NCBI RefSeq assembly: GCF_902713615.1 | Contig: NC_052149.1 | Span: forward strand, 99,579,121-99,643,120 | DNA length: 64,000 nucleotides | Reading direction: 5' to 3' | Source: Scyliorhinus canicula | Taxonomy: Eukaryota | Part shown: positions 23,440-36,161 of the stretch, one piece after another | Position numbering within the stretch: the first letter of the stretch is position 1 | Layout of the letters: every line of letters starts with the position of its first letter | The notes under the pieces: model-generated | Seen by the model: the letters and a program-made list of their open reading frames with translations, nothing else | Database searches by the model: none | What the model was told of the DNA's origin: nothing | Made by a program: the position numbers and the translations under genes

Positions 23440-26400
23440 TCTAGTCCTGTGGCTGTCCCCCTCTCTAATAGGCAAACCATTATCGATACTGTTGGGGGAA
23501 TAGCCTATCAGAGGAAAACAACAGCAGCCAGAACAGTGACACCACAACTGTTGCTCAGCAGGGGAGGGCACAGTGCAGGAAAGCGATAGTTATAGGGGAC
23601 TCTACAGTAAGGGGCACAGATAGGTGCTTCTGTGGAAGTGAAAGAGACTAGTTAGTCTGTTGTTCTAGGTAGCTGGTCAGACACTGGTCAGCAGGAGGCA
23701 CTACAGCCCACCCAAGGCAGGGGAGCATGCTGTCAAGAGACTGATGAGCAGAAACATCTCCAAGTAAAAGGATGATGTGTTGCCTCCCTGGTGCCAAGGT
23801 CAAGGATGTCTCTGAACGAACACAGGACATCCTAAAGGGGGAGAGTGAACAGCCAGAGGTCGTAGTACACATCGGTACTAATAACATAGGCAGGAAGAGT
23901 GATGAGGACCTGCAGAAGGAGTTCAGGGAGTTAGGCAGTAAACCAAGAGGCAGGACCTCTTGTAATCTCAGGATTACTCCCTGTGCCAGTAGCCAGTGAG
24001 GCTAAAAATAGGAGGATAGTGCAGCTAAACAAGTGGTAAACCAGTGGTGTAGGAGGGAGGGTTTCAGATCTCCGGACAATTGGGATCTCTTCCGGGGCAG
24101 TTGCAACCTGTACAAGAAGGCCGGGTTGCATCTAAACTCGAGGGCACCAATATCCTGGCTGGGAGGTTTGCTAGTGTCACTCGGGAGGATTTAAACTAAT
24201 ATGGCAGGGGGGTGGGAACCAGAGCGTTAGCTCAGAAGGTGTCGTAAGTGAAGGGGAAATGGAAAACAAAAATTGGAGAACATCTCCCTCAGGCAGTGCA
24301 AAAAAGATGATAAGTGTGAGATGGGAGGTGGTCAATTCAGGACTGAGGATATTGTACCTAAATGCACGCAATATACAGAACAAGGTAAATGAGCTTGATG
24401 TGCATATTAAAATTGGCCAGTACGACATTGTAGGAATCACAGAGATGTGGCTGCAAGGGGCTCAGGGCTGGGATCTAAATATCCAAGGATATGTGTCCTA
24501 GCGAAAGGACAGTCAGATGGACAAAGGGGGCGGGGTTGCATTGTTAGCAAGGAATTAAGTTATATCAATAGCAAGGAGCGATATAGAATCAGAAGGCATA
24601 GCATCTTTGTGGGCAGAGTTGAGGAATCGCAAAGGTAAAAAGAACCTATTGGGAGTTATGTACAGGCCCTCCAGCAGTAGTCAGGATGTGGAGCTGAAAA
24701 TAAATCAGGAGATAGAGAAAGAATGTAAAAAAGGCAATATCACAATAATCATGGAGGACTTCAATATGCACATGGATTGGGAAAATTAGGATCCCAAGAA
24801 AAGGAATTTGTGGAATGTTTCAGAGATGGTTTTTTGGAGCAGCTTGTGGTAGAGCCCACTAGGGGACAGACAATTCTGGATTTGGTGATGTGTAATGAGG
24901 CAGACTTGATTACGGAACTTAAGGTGAAGGAACTCTTAGGGAGCAGTGACCATAATATGATAGAATTTACCCAGTTTGAAAGGAAGAAGCTGGAGTCAGA
25001 TGGGCCCACAATTGTTCACAATTTACATAGATGATTTGGAGTTGGGGACCAAGGGCAATGTGTCCAAGTTTGCAGATGACACTAAGGTGAGTGGTAAAGC
25101 GAAAAGTGCAGAGGATACTGGAAGTCTGCAGAGGGATTTGGATAGGTTAAGTGAATGGGCTAGGGTCTGGCAGATGGAATACAATGTTGACAAATGTGAG
25201 GTTATCCATTTGGGTAGGAATAACAGCAAACGGGATTATTATTTAAACGATAAAATATTAAAGCATGCCGCTGTGCAGAGAGACTTGGGTGTGCTAGTGC
25301 ACGAGTCACAGAAGGTTGGTTTACAGGTGCAACAGGTGATTAAGAAGGCAAATGGAATTTTGTCCTTCATTGCTAGAGGGATGGAGTTTAAGACTAGGGA
25401 GGTTATGTTGCAATTGTATAAGGTGTTAGTGAGGCCACACCTGGAGTAGTGTGTTCAGTTTTGGTCTCCTTACTTGAGAAAGGACGTACTGGCGCTGGAC
25501 GGTGTGCAGAGGAGATTCACTAGGTTAATCCCAGAGCTGAAGGGGTTGGATTATGAGGAGAGGTTGAGTAGACTGGGACTGTACTCGTTGGAATTTAGAA
25601 GAATGAGGGGGGATCTTATAGAAACATTTAAAATTATGAAGGGAATAGATAGGATAGATGCGGGCAGGTTGTTTCCACTGGCGGGTGAAAGCAGAACTAG
25701 GGGACATAGCCTCAAAATAAGGGGAAGTAGATTTAGGACTGAGTTTAGGAGGAACTTCTTCACCCAAAGGGTTGTGAATCTATGGAATTCCTTGCCCAGT
25801 GAAGCAGTTGAGGCTCCTTCATTAAATGTTTTTAAGGTAAAGATAGATAGGTTTTTGAAGAATAAAGGGATTAAGGGTTATGGTGTTCGGGCCGGAAAGT
25901 GGAGCTGAGTCCACAAAAGATCAGCCATGATCTCATTGAATGGCGGAGCAGGCTCGAGGGGCCAGATGGCCTACTCCTGCTCCTAGTTCTTATGTTCTTA
26001 TGTAACGGTATTACAATTAAATAAGGGTAACTACAAAGACATGAGGGAGGTGTTGGCCTGAGTTGATTGGAAAAGGAGCAGAGGAGAGAAGACAATGGAA
26101 CAGCAACTGCAGGAGTTTCTGGGGGTTATTCAGGAGGCACAACAGAAATTCATCCCGAGGAGGAGGAAAGATGGTAAGGGGAGGACAAGGCATCCATGGC
26201 TGACGAGGGAAGTCAAGGACAGCATAAAAGGTAAAGAAAAAGCATACAAAGTGGCGAGCGTTAGTGGGAAGCCAGAGGATCGGGAATCCTTTAAAAGCGA
26301 GCAGAGGACAACTAAAAAAACAATAAGGGGAGAGATGAAGAAATATGAGCGCTAATAATATAAAAGAAGATAGGAGGAGTTTCATTCAATATATAAAAGA

Positions 26401-27997
26401 TAAGAGAGAGGCAAAAATAGACATTGGACCACTGGAAAACATGGCTGAAGAAGTAATAATAGGAAACAAAGAAGTGGCAGATGAACTGAATAGTTACTTT
26501 GCATCAGTCTTTACGGTGGAAGACACCAGTGGGATGCCAGAGCTCCAGGATAATCATGGGGCAGAGGTGAGTGCAGTGACCATCACTAAGGAGAAGGTTC
26601 TGGGGGAACTAAAAGGTCTGAAGGTGGATAAGTCACCTGAACCGGATGGACGACATCCCAGGGTCCTAAAAGAGATAGCTGAGAAGATTGTGGAGGCATT
26701 GGTGGTGATCTTTCAGGAATCACTGGAGGCAGGAAGGGTCCCAGAGGACTGGAAAGTGGCAAATGTAACACCACTGTTTAAGAAGGGAGGGAGGCAGAAG
26801 ACGGGAAATTATAGGTTGGTTAGCCTGACTTCAGTCATTGGTAAGATTTTAGAGTCCGTTATGAAAGATGAGATCGCGGAGTACTTGGAAGTACGTGGTA
26901 AAATAGGATTGAGACAGCATGGCTTTGTCAATAGGAGGTCATGTCTGACAAATATGTTAGAGTTCTTTGAGGAGATAACAAGGAAGTCAGACAAGGGAGA
27001 ACCAGTCGGCGTGATTTATTTAGATTTCCAGAAGGCCTTTGACAAGGTGCCACATACGAGATTGTTAAATAAGTTAAGAGCCCATGGTGTTAAGAGTAAG
27101 ATCCTGCGATGGATAGAGGATTGGCTGACTGGCAGAAGGCAGAGAGGGTGGATAAAGGGGTCTTTTTCAGGATGGCAGCCGGTGACGAGTGGTATGCCTC
27201 AGGGGTCTGTGCTGGGACCACAACATTTCACAATATACATTAATGATCTGGAAGAAGGAACTGAAGGCACTATTGCTAAGTTTGCAGATGATACAAAGAT
27301 CTGTAGAGGGGCAGGTAGTATTGAGGCAACAAGGGGGCTGCAGAAGGATTTGGACAGGCTACGAGAGTGGGCAATGAAGTGACAAATGAAATACAATGTG
27401 GAAAAGTGTGAGGTTATGCACTTTGGAAGGAGGAATTTAGGCATAGATTATTTTCTAAATGGAGAAATGCTTAGGAAATCAAAAGCACAAAGGGACTTGG
27501 GAGTCCTTGTTCATGATTCTCTTTAAGGTTAACGTGCAGGTTCAGTCGGCAGTTAAGAAGGCAAATGTAATGTTAGTATTCATGTCAAGAGGGCTAGAAT
27601 ACAAGACAAAGGATGTACTTTTGAGGCTGTATAAGGCTCTGGGCAGACCCCATTTGGAGTATTGTGAGCAGTTTGGGGTCCCGTATCTAAGGAAGGATGT
27701 GCTGGCCTGGAAAGGGTCCAGAGGAAGTTCACAAGAATGATCCCTGGAATGAAGAGCTTGTCGTCTGAGGAACGGTTGAGGACTCTGGGTTTGTACTCGT
27801 TGGAGTTTAGAAGGATGAGCGGGGATCCTATTGAAACTTACAAGATACTGCAAGGCCTGGATAGAGTGGACGTGGAGAGGGTGTTTCCACTTGTAGGAAA
27901 ACCTAGAACCAAAGGGCACTATTTCAGGTTAAAGGGACGATCCATTAAAATAGAGATAAGGAGGAATTTCTTCAGCAAGAGAGTGGTGAATCTGTGG
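23440..27997 (+). mobile_element. Long CR1 LINE (ORF1 SGNH esterase, ORF2 endonuclease + RT), frameshifted, carrying a nested CR1
   Basis: IVIGDS and CLPGAKVKDV..VVVHIGTNNIG (esterase); YLNARNI, GITEMWL, LGSSDHNMI (APE endonuclease); 345-aa RT ORF at 26345-27382. Confidence 0.95.
25003..26002 (+). mobile_element. Young 5'-truncated CR1 copy nested in the older CR1
   Basis: Removing it restores the host frame (LESD|VTVLQLNKG). ATG at both junctions. RT C-terminus has only one internal stop. Ends in a (TTCTTATG)n tail. Confidence 0.92.
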
Positions 27998-28500
27998 ACC
28001 CCTTTGTTTTCATTCCATTCCATTTTAACTGTGTTTTACTATTTCTTTCTTGTCTTTCTTTACATACATTTCCCCACCCCTTCCCCGTCTCCTACCCGTG
28101 TTCCCCCCTCCCCCTCACATCTACATCGGTCTCTCTCCCCCCCCCCTCACATCTATGTCAGTCACAGCTAACCCTCTGATTTTAGTTTCTCTGTTGTTTG
28201 GCCTTTCATACCTCTCATTCTCTCTGGGGACTGCCACTAGCACTCCTTTCCCTTGGTTTATGTGGCTATTAGCATTTTTTTCCCTTGGTTTCTGTGGTTT
28301 TGACTCATCTTTCATTCCCTCACCGCATAGTATAAATATCTCCCACTTCCTATGCCTTTTAACTTTGACAAAAGGGTCATCTGGACCTTAAACATTAGCT
28401 CTTTTCTCTCCCTACAGATGCTGCCAGACCTGCTGAGATTTTCCAGTGTTTTCTCTTTTGGTTTCAGATTCCAGTATCCACAGTAATTTGATTTTAAATA
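27998..28500 (+). mobile_element. Penelope-like element 3' end/pLTR
   Basis: Pyrimidine-rich region, then TTGACAAAAGGGTCATCTGGACCTTAAACATTAGCT..GATGCTGCCAGACCTGCTGAG. Confidence 0.75.
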
Positions 28501-28629
28501 AGTAGAATGATTTGATAATCCGTTGACGCTATACGATCTCAAATATTGCAGCATAAATTTTGCAAATGGGCATTTTCTTCCTAAATATACTCCACTCGGA
28601 GTTTGACTTCAACATTATTCAATGAGAAA

Positions 28630-29050
28630 GACCTCGCATTTCAAAAACACTCATCATGATTTCAAGACTTTCCAGAGCATTTAATAACCAAAATAGTCAA
28701 TTTTTTAAATGTAAAATGTAGTCAAGGTTGTAGGAAATTGTAGCAGCCAAATTATGTACAATGAGTCACACAACAGCAAGAAGATAAATGACCAGATAAT
28801 GTTACAGAAATGCAAGTTGAAAGATAAATGTTAACCGACACCTGGAGAACTCACTGCCCTCCCATTCATTTTCAAATAATGTCATGGAATCTTTTAATGT
28901 CTTGTTCAACGCCCCAATCAAGAGACTATTTCAGACAGTACACTCTCAATACACCGCTACTGCATTAAAGTACCCCTCTAGATTACATGCTCAGGTCCAG
29001 GATGGTTCAGCTCATAAGTGAGTTAGCTATCACCAAACCACAATTGACAC
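28630..29050 (-). mobile_element. DeuSINE (SacSINE1/AmnSINE1-like), decayed
   Basis: Homologous to 49040-49465 (GCAGCCAAATT.., AAATAATGTCATGGAATCTTTTA..). Confidence 0.6.
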
Positions 29051-29070
29051 CTAATATGTTGCATTGATAA

Positions 29071-29197
29071 TTTTTTTTAAATAACTTTAGATTACCCAAT
29101 TATTTCTGTTTCCAATTAAGGGGCAATTTAGCGTGGCCAATCCACTTAACCTGCACATCATTGGGTTGAGGGGGTGAAACCCACGCAGAGACGGGGA
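29071..29197 (-). mobile_element. Short V-SINE 3' fragment
   Basis: TACCCAATT..CCAATTAAGGGGCAATTTAGCGTGGCCAATCCAC. Confidence 0.8.
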
Positions 29198-29849
29198 ACA
29201 ATTTAGCAAAAAGATGTATTTCTTCAAAGGAATAAAAGAGTCTTATTTAATTACAAACCTACGGTAATTACTGTAACCTTAGTCCACAATGACCAAATAC
29301 TAAATAGTAGTGAAAGTATATTTAATTCTGTGATGCAATTTGGTTTTCATTACTTTCCTTTATCATTACATCAACAACTGCAGTTACATAACAACTTTAA
29401 CATAGTGAAACATCCAAGTTGCTTCCCAGGATTAATGAAAAATTTGACACTGAGCACATGAGATACTAGGACAGGTGACAGCTTGCTCAAAGAGCTATGT
29501 TTTCAAAGTGGAAGGAGGTCACAAATTTAGGGAGGAAATTAAAGACTACAGGCCGAGGCAACTGGAGTCAAGGTTGCCAGCATTGGGAGTGACAAGAAAT
29601 AAGGATACGCAAAAGGACAAAATGAGAGGAGTGCCGAGATGTGGGAGGGTAGTAGGGTTGAAAACGATTAGACACAGGAAGGCACTGAAGTGGTTTGAGA
29701 ATAAGGACAAGAATTCTCTCATCAAGACTGGACCAAGAGACAATGTAGGTCAACAAGCACAGTAGTGAAGGATGCACAGGAAGTCATGCAATTTCGGACA
29801 TTGACAGTGGAGTTTTGCACAAGCTCAGGTTTATAGAGCTTAGAAGCCA

Positions 29850-30258
29850 TTAGGCTGGGAGTTTTCACTATCTTAGCCAAGATAGTGGAGGAGGAGATGG
29901 GCCTGGACCCGTTGGTCGCGACATTTTGGGTTTCAGAGAAGCTGGAGCACCTGGCGAGGAGGAAGGCTGATTGCATGGTGGCAAATTTTGCTGGAGTGAC
30001 AGTCGGCATCGCTACCTGGGGTAGCGGCTTGGTTGGGTGACCTGTGCGACTTCCTGCGGTTGGAGAAGATAAAGTATGAATTAAGGGATTCTGCAGGGGG
30101 GTTTGAGAAAATGTGGTGGTGGTTTTGTTGGGGGGGGGGGGGGAGGGGGTGTACATTAGTGCAGACCGTACAGTTGATTTCTGGGAAGTATATTTCCCGG
30201 GGTGTTTATTTGTTGTAACCTTTTTTGATACATGTTTGTAATAAAATAAAATAAATGT
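29850..30258 (+). mobile_element. L1/Tx1-like LINE 3' end
   Basis: DFLRLEKIKYEL..FEKMW ORF2-end-like peptide, G tract, AATAAAATAAAATAAA tail. Confidence 0.6.
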
Positions 30259-30864
30259 TTTTAAAAGTGTTAGGCCAACGAGGAGAGCACTGGAGTAATC
30301 TGGTCTGAAGGTAACAAAACAATGGCTGAGAGTTTCAACAGAAGCGAAGCTGAGGCATAGGCAAAGACAGTCAATGTTACAGAGATGGGAGTAGGCAGTC
30401 TTTGTGATGGAAAGGATATGGAATAGAAGTTGAGCTCAGAGTCAAACACGTTGCCGCGGTTGGAAACAGGGTCTGGTTCACCCTCAGACATTGGTCTTGA
30501 ATAATAGTAGGTGGTGAGGATGCTAAGCATTACTCAAAGGAATTAAGTAATTAGAAGTAAAGCTCAAAGTCATTTCATGGCATAAAATAAATATATTCAT
30601 ACATTTTGGAATGGGGTTCCACGGGGTCACAACCCAGTCGAGTTAAGAAAAAATATACTCAAAATAAATGCTTCTATTATCAGAATGAATGCATTATATT
30701 TTACAAGAAAATTAATTAACTTAATTAAAGAAACTGTCTTGTAGCAGTCTTGCAGACACCATCACTGGCAAAGGTGTATATCTTACTCTGGTAAATTTAA
30801 ATGGGTAATTTCCAGTACAAATGTGGGCACTGGAATTTAAAGGGAAAAGATGACCAGGAGTGCA

Positions 30865-31110
30865 TACAATCGTAGAGTCCCAAAAGTGCAGGAGGCCATT
30901 CAGCTCATCGTGCCTGCACGGACCCTGTAAAAGAGCACCCCACCTAGGCCCACTCCCCTGCCATTTCCCCGTAACCCCAGCTAACCTGCACATCTTTGGA
31001 TTGTGGGAAGAAACCAGAGCACCTGAGGAAACTCACGCAGACACGGAGAGAATGAGTGTACACATTCACCCGGGTCCCTGGTGCTGTGAGGCAGCATTGC
31101 TAACCACTGT
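30865..31110 (-). mobile_element. HE1-type SINE
   Basis: Reverse-complement V domain and tail. Confidence 0.85.
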
Positions 31111-31447
31111 AACGGTGCATTATTAATATAGTAACAATTGAGAAATTCAGTTTATTAGTTTCAACAATGCTCTGATGTAACAAAAATGTCAATGTCAATA
31201 TATTATAATCAAAAAAATGTTTTAAGTTGCCAGAAAATTGACGTATGAAAACAATTTCAAACAGTTAACAATTGGGTACAGTACCTTAAATGCAGAAGTG
31301 AAAATTTAAAGCACTCCTGTATCAAATTGGAGCTATATGCCATAATTAGAATTACTAAAACTTTACATGCTTCCCAAATTGCCAAGACCAATTTTGTATT
31401 TAACATTTTTCCACACATTTGGGAGAGCACCACAGTAAATATATTCG

Positions 31448-31990
31448 GGGAGACGGTGGCATAGTGGTAACTGTTACTGGACTAGTAACCCAGAGTAACG
31501 CTGTGCGGACCCATGGTTGAATCCCACCATGATAGATAGTGGAGATTAATTCAATAAAAATATGATATTCAAATCTGACAATTATCGCAAAAAACCCATC
31601 TGGATCACAAATGTCTTTCAGGGAAGAAAATTTGCCATACATGCCCAGTCTGCCCTAAATGTGACTCTTAAATGCTCTCTGAAATGGCCCAGTAAGCCAC
31701 TCAGTTGTATAAAATCACTACAGAAAATTGCACAAGGAAACAAACTGGGCAGACTATCGAGCATCGACCAAAGCACTAGAAACACTGTCAGGTCCTCCTT
31801 ATTAACATTTGGAGGGTGGCCTTAAATTTGGAAGAGCTAGGTCTCAAATTAGTCAAGCAACAGCCAGCATAGTCTTACACATTAAATCATACTTTACAGA
31901 TAATGGATATGTCATGTCCTACCAGCACAGTAAGGAAGGAGGTGCCCTGGGTTCTCTTAACATTGGCTCTAGACCCCACGTAGTCCTCTT
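31448..31990 (+). mobile_element. tRNA-headed repeat (SINE or LINE 5' end)
   Basis: GGTGGCATAGTGG..GGTTGAATCCCACCA head. Body shared with 7555-7760, 14290-14480(-) and 63405-63500(-). Confidence 0.6.
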
Positions 31991-32329
31991 CCCAGATGAG
32001 AGATATGAAATTGTGCATTTCTGTCATGTTTCAAAATTTTGGTGAGCCTTCCAACTGCTCTAGAGGTTTTGTTGCTTTTCAACTGTTGAATGGTTTTCTC
32101 GACTTTGTTCCAGAAAAGGGTGGCCAAACCGGACGGAGATTGGAGGAATGGAATTGAAAGCCTTTCAGTCAAAGACGGAATCTCAGTTGAGGTGTTTTTC
32201 AAACTGTTCTCTCTAGCGAGCACCAACCCGCTATTTGATGAGCTCCCTCAATGCTTAGTTCTCAGCTCAGTGGGTCCTTGAGTGTCTTGATGATGCTGAA
32301 GAAACTATACATGCCACTGGTGCCCACAA

Positions 32330-33500
32330 GTTGTTGAATCTCACTACCTCATTCTCCCTACCACTTGTTTTTTATGTTACAGGGTCAAACAAGGCTATGT
32401 CATCACAGCATCCCTTCTCTCTTCCTTTGCAGCAATTTGACACCTCACTTCCAGCAAGCCACCTACAGACAGAGACAATTCATAGAACATACGTGAAAAT
32501 GTTCAACCTATGCCACCTTCAACCAAAGCCAAAAAGTTATTGAGCTTCAGTATACAAATCATACTTATGTGGTGAGAAAATGAGCGACAAGTCACTGTCT
32601 ACTCTTCAGTAAAGCATATTTGAAAAGAAGTCTTTCACTAAACATCCTGAAAACAAAGATTCTCTTCCAACCAGCTCCCACGGAACAACGCCTCCTTCAT
32701 CGAATATGATCAATGGCGAGATCCTGAAAAATGTGGACTATTTTCCATATCATGGGAGCCTCTAAGCAAAAGCAAATATAAACAACAAAATTACTGCCTC
32801 CAAAGTGCCAACTCTAACTTTGGAAAAGAATATTTGAAACCCAGGTCTCAAACCCAAACCCAAGGTCATGGTTTACCAGGCAGCAGTGATTTCTTTTATG
32901 CTATGGAGACTTGGTCAACCTTGGTCAACCAACTGCAGGGGCTTCAAAGCACGAGAGAAGTGCCTCCAGTGTTGCCTGCACACGATCCTCCAAGTCCAAT
33001 GAAAAGTGGGTCTGACAGCAACCTAACCCAACCCAACATCAAGGCACTAATCACTCATAACCAGCTCTGCTGGTCAGGACATATCATCTCTACCGCTGAC
33101 ACCAGGCTCCCAGGGCAACTGTTCTGCTCGGAACTTGGTCACAGCAGTAGGCTCCCAAAAGTACAGAGGAAATGCTTAATGTCCTCAAAGCAAAGGATCC
33201 TTGAAGGGATCAAAAATCCCTGCCTACTTGTGGAAATCCATAGCCTGTGACCGACCAAAATGGAGAAGGTTCATTCGGGAAGGCACTGAACATAGAAAAT
33301 GTTTAAAGAACACACAGAGGCAAAGTTTAAGGCATCAAAGACAGCACACAACCCTCCAAACAATTCATCTACCTGACCCTTCAGGTATCAACCTTCTCCA
33401 CTTGTGGCAGAGCCTGCAGATCAAGCTTCGGACTTATCAGTTATCTCGGAACCCATTGAACCAGATTGAACCTCAACCCAGGGGTCTGCCTAAGAAGAGA
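32330..33500 (+). mobile_element. RTE-clade LINE RT/3' fragment, degenerate
   Basis: Remnants IELQY, KTKILFQPAP, INGEILKNVDYFPY.GS, QLCWSGHI..DTRLP.QL..SEL, WKSIACDRPKWR. Confidence 0.8.
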
Positions 33501-34640
33501 AAAGCTATAGGAAGGAGTGAGAATGATTGGCTAAGGATGATGCAAAATAAAGAAATATAAACAAAATAAAATATATGGGATGTAAGTACATTTTAATACA
33601 GATACTAGCAGGATAAGAAATAATGGAATTGGAAGCATAAACATAGAGAGAAAAGTGCAATGCAACTGGTACACAAATGGCATTGACAGAATAATTAAAA
33701 GTTTATAAAAAGGGAAAGTCGGAATAAAAAAGAAATATCAATATAGGTGAAGAAAAAAGTAATCTTCTGAGAAATTAATGCGTTTTTGGCAGAGATACGC
33801 AAGCTACAATTGGTATGAGCATTAAAGGAAACAGTGATTTCAGGATAATCTTCTGAACCGCCTGGAAAAGAGGAAGGAGAAAATCAAAAACTATAAAATT
33901 GTCAGAACTTAATGATGGTAGCTTCACATTATGGTAGACAGCAGATGCCTTATGAGCCAATAGCTTTATCCCTCCCATGATACATTTCCAATTTCTTCTC
34001 CAGATAGTTCTGTTGCTCAAATCTAATTTTAATTTTGAATCAATAGGCTGTTTTAAAGTGACAATTGGTAGCCAATGTAGTAACCAGCTAGTCTTACAAG
34101 TCAGTATTCAGCCCATTAATGGTTTAAAAAATGATTTTGAACTGAAGAGCCAATGAGCAGAGAACATGCTGAATGTATGACCTTCCACTTATTGTAACAA
34201 CACAGCAAGCAACGCATATCCAACTCCATTTCAATGGTGAATACTGGTCATTGGTAGGATAGACAATTATTTAACGCTGTTACAAGCTGCATAATGGAAA
34301 CACACAAAATTCCAGCAGAGTGCAGCCAAGCAGAGCTGCTGATTGGCTGTTGCGGGGAAAATTTGCATCAGTGCATTGCGGTCACTGTATCCAGAAGGTG
34401 ATTTGTGAGCTGTTGTCAAGTGACAGTTAAACCCCAAACACTTCTTTCGTGTTTCCCTCCCTACCTTCTCTAACCAAAAAAAAACAATCATGCTCAGGAT
34501 CCCAGCCGAGTAAAGATCAAGAAGGAGACTCGAGGGCAGGTACAAGTAGAAAGAAATTGAACCGTTCAACTTCTTTCAGCAGTAACTTCATTGAAGCCTA
34601 CTCGTGACAATAAGCGATTTTCATTTCATTTTTCATTTTC

Positions 34641-35170
34641 AGATGGAGTGCAATCCGGCCAAATGCGAGGTGATGCATTTTGGAAGATCCAATTCAAGAG
34701 CGAACTATGAGGTAAATGAAAGCCCTGGGGAAAATTGATGTACAGAGAGATCTGCTTGTTCAGGTCCATTGCACCCTGAAGGTGGCTGCGCAGGTCGATA
34801 GAGTGGTCAAGAAGGCATATGGCATGCTTTCCTTCATCGGAAGGGGTATTGAGTACAAGAGTTGGCAGGTCATGTTACAGTTGTATAAGACTTTAGTTCG
34901 GCCACATTTGGAATACTGCGTACAGTTCTGGTCGCCACATTACCAAAAGGATGTGGATGCTTTGGAGAAGGTGCAGAGGAGGTTCACCAGGATGTTGCCT
35001 GGTATGGAGGGTGCTAGCTATGAAAAAAGGTTGAGTAGATTAGGATTATTTTCATTAGAAAGATGGAGGTTGAGGGGGGACCTCTGAGGTCTACAAAATC
35101 ATGAGAAGTATAGACAGGGTGGATAGCAAGAAGCTTTTTCCCCACCAGAGTGGGGGACTCAATTACTATG
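34641..35170 (+). mobile_element. CR1 LINE RT C-terminal fragment
   Basis: ORF 34716-35087 LYKTLVRPHLEYCVQFWSP. Confidence 0.92.
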
Positions 35171-35914
35171 GACACACACAGCTTTTTCCTTCAACTTTTT
35201 CTCCAATAGAAACTCATCTCTCCTCATTGCTTTGAACCAAACACTCTGCTATGCCTTAATGTTTTTTGCCTCTTGGGAGTCTATTACTATCCTCCTCACT
35301 ATCTACTGCATTTGGGTAGTTATTTTTTTTTTGGAGGCCAAGAGTGGTTTTAATGGGTATTCACTTTGCATGCATATTTTATGCTAAATTCATGTACACA
35401 CACACCACCCAAATTAATTTTATTATGAGGATTATACTTGGGTATTCAAATGTACTCGGGTCAAAGAAAAACAGAAGATGATCTTGTTCAAATTTATAAC
35501 TTTATCATTCGTGTCACCCACATTTTCACATTTTTTTTTAGAGACATGAAAATGTCTCTTTGTTCTTAGTGCTGTATAATTCCTTCTCATTAATGAATTT
35601 GAATTATTTTGCTGTTTATCACAATTTTATCAATAATGGTTAATTCTAGAAAGTATTAAATTTCCTTATTTTAAATGTTGTCTATCATTTTTGTGCTGGA
35701 ATAAAATGCAAATTTCGTAAATTTTCGTGTCCAGTTATTTACGCTAGATCTCTAATTTAAAAGGTATGTAAATTTTTTTTTAAACTCCGTTGGCAAGTCA
35801 GTCTTGTTTGTATAAAATAAACATACATTAGCAGCGCACATTACAACATAAAACATTAAATATAGCCTACATTTTTAACAAAAAATGTTGCAAATACCTT
35901 TTTAATGATGATAA

Positions 35915-36161
35915 ACGGTGTCCCCAAAAACTTTACGTCTTCCATGTTTGCGCATGCGAAAGACACTACCGGCGAAACTTACAAATCGAAAAATCACCTG
36001 ATTCGACAGCACCCGGATGGACCTTCCTCGTGTGCGAGGTTAGAACACGTGAACTACTACACTTTTAAAATTTATGAATGAAACGGCATTGTGTCCTGCA
36101 CTTTACCTTGTTCTTCCGTTTACGCTGCGGTTTGGAATTCATCAATGAATCACAGGTAAGC
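35915..36161 (+). promoter_or_regulatory. Orphan CpG-retaining promoter-like island with candidate first-exon donor
   Basis: About 16 CpG in ~230 bp of AT-rich non-repetitive DNA. NRF1-type TGCGCATGCG at 35949-35958, E-box CACGTG, donor CAG|GTAAGC at 36155/36156. Confidence 0.45.

Noticed and set aside
26345-27382. 345-aa RT ORF as an active or domesticated gene
   Set aside because: It is part of a CR1 ORF2 with flanking frameshifts, stops and a nested insertion.
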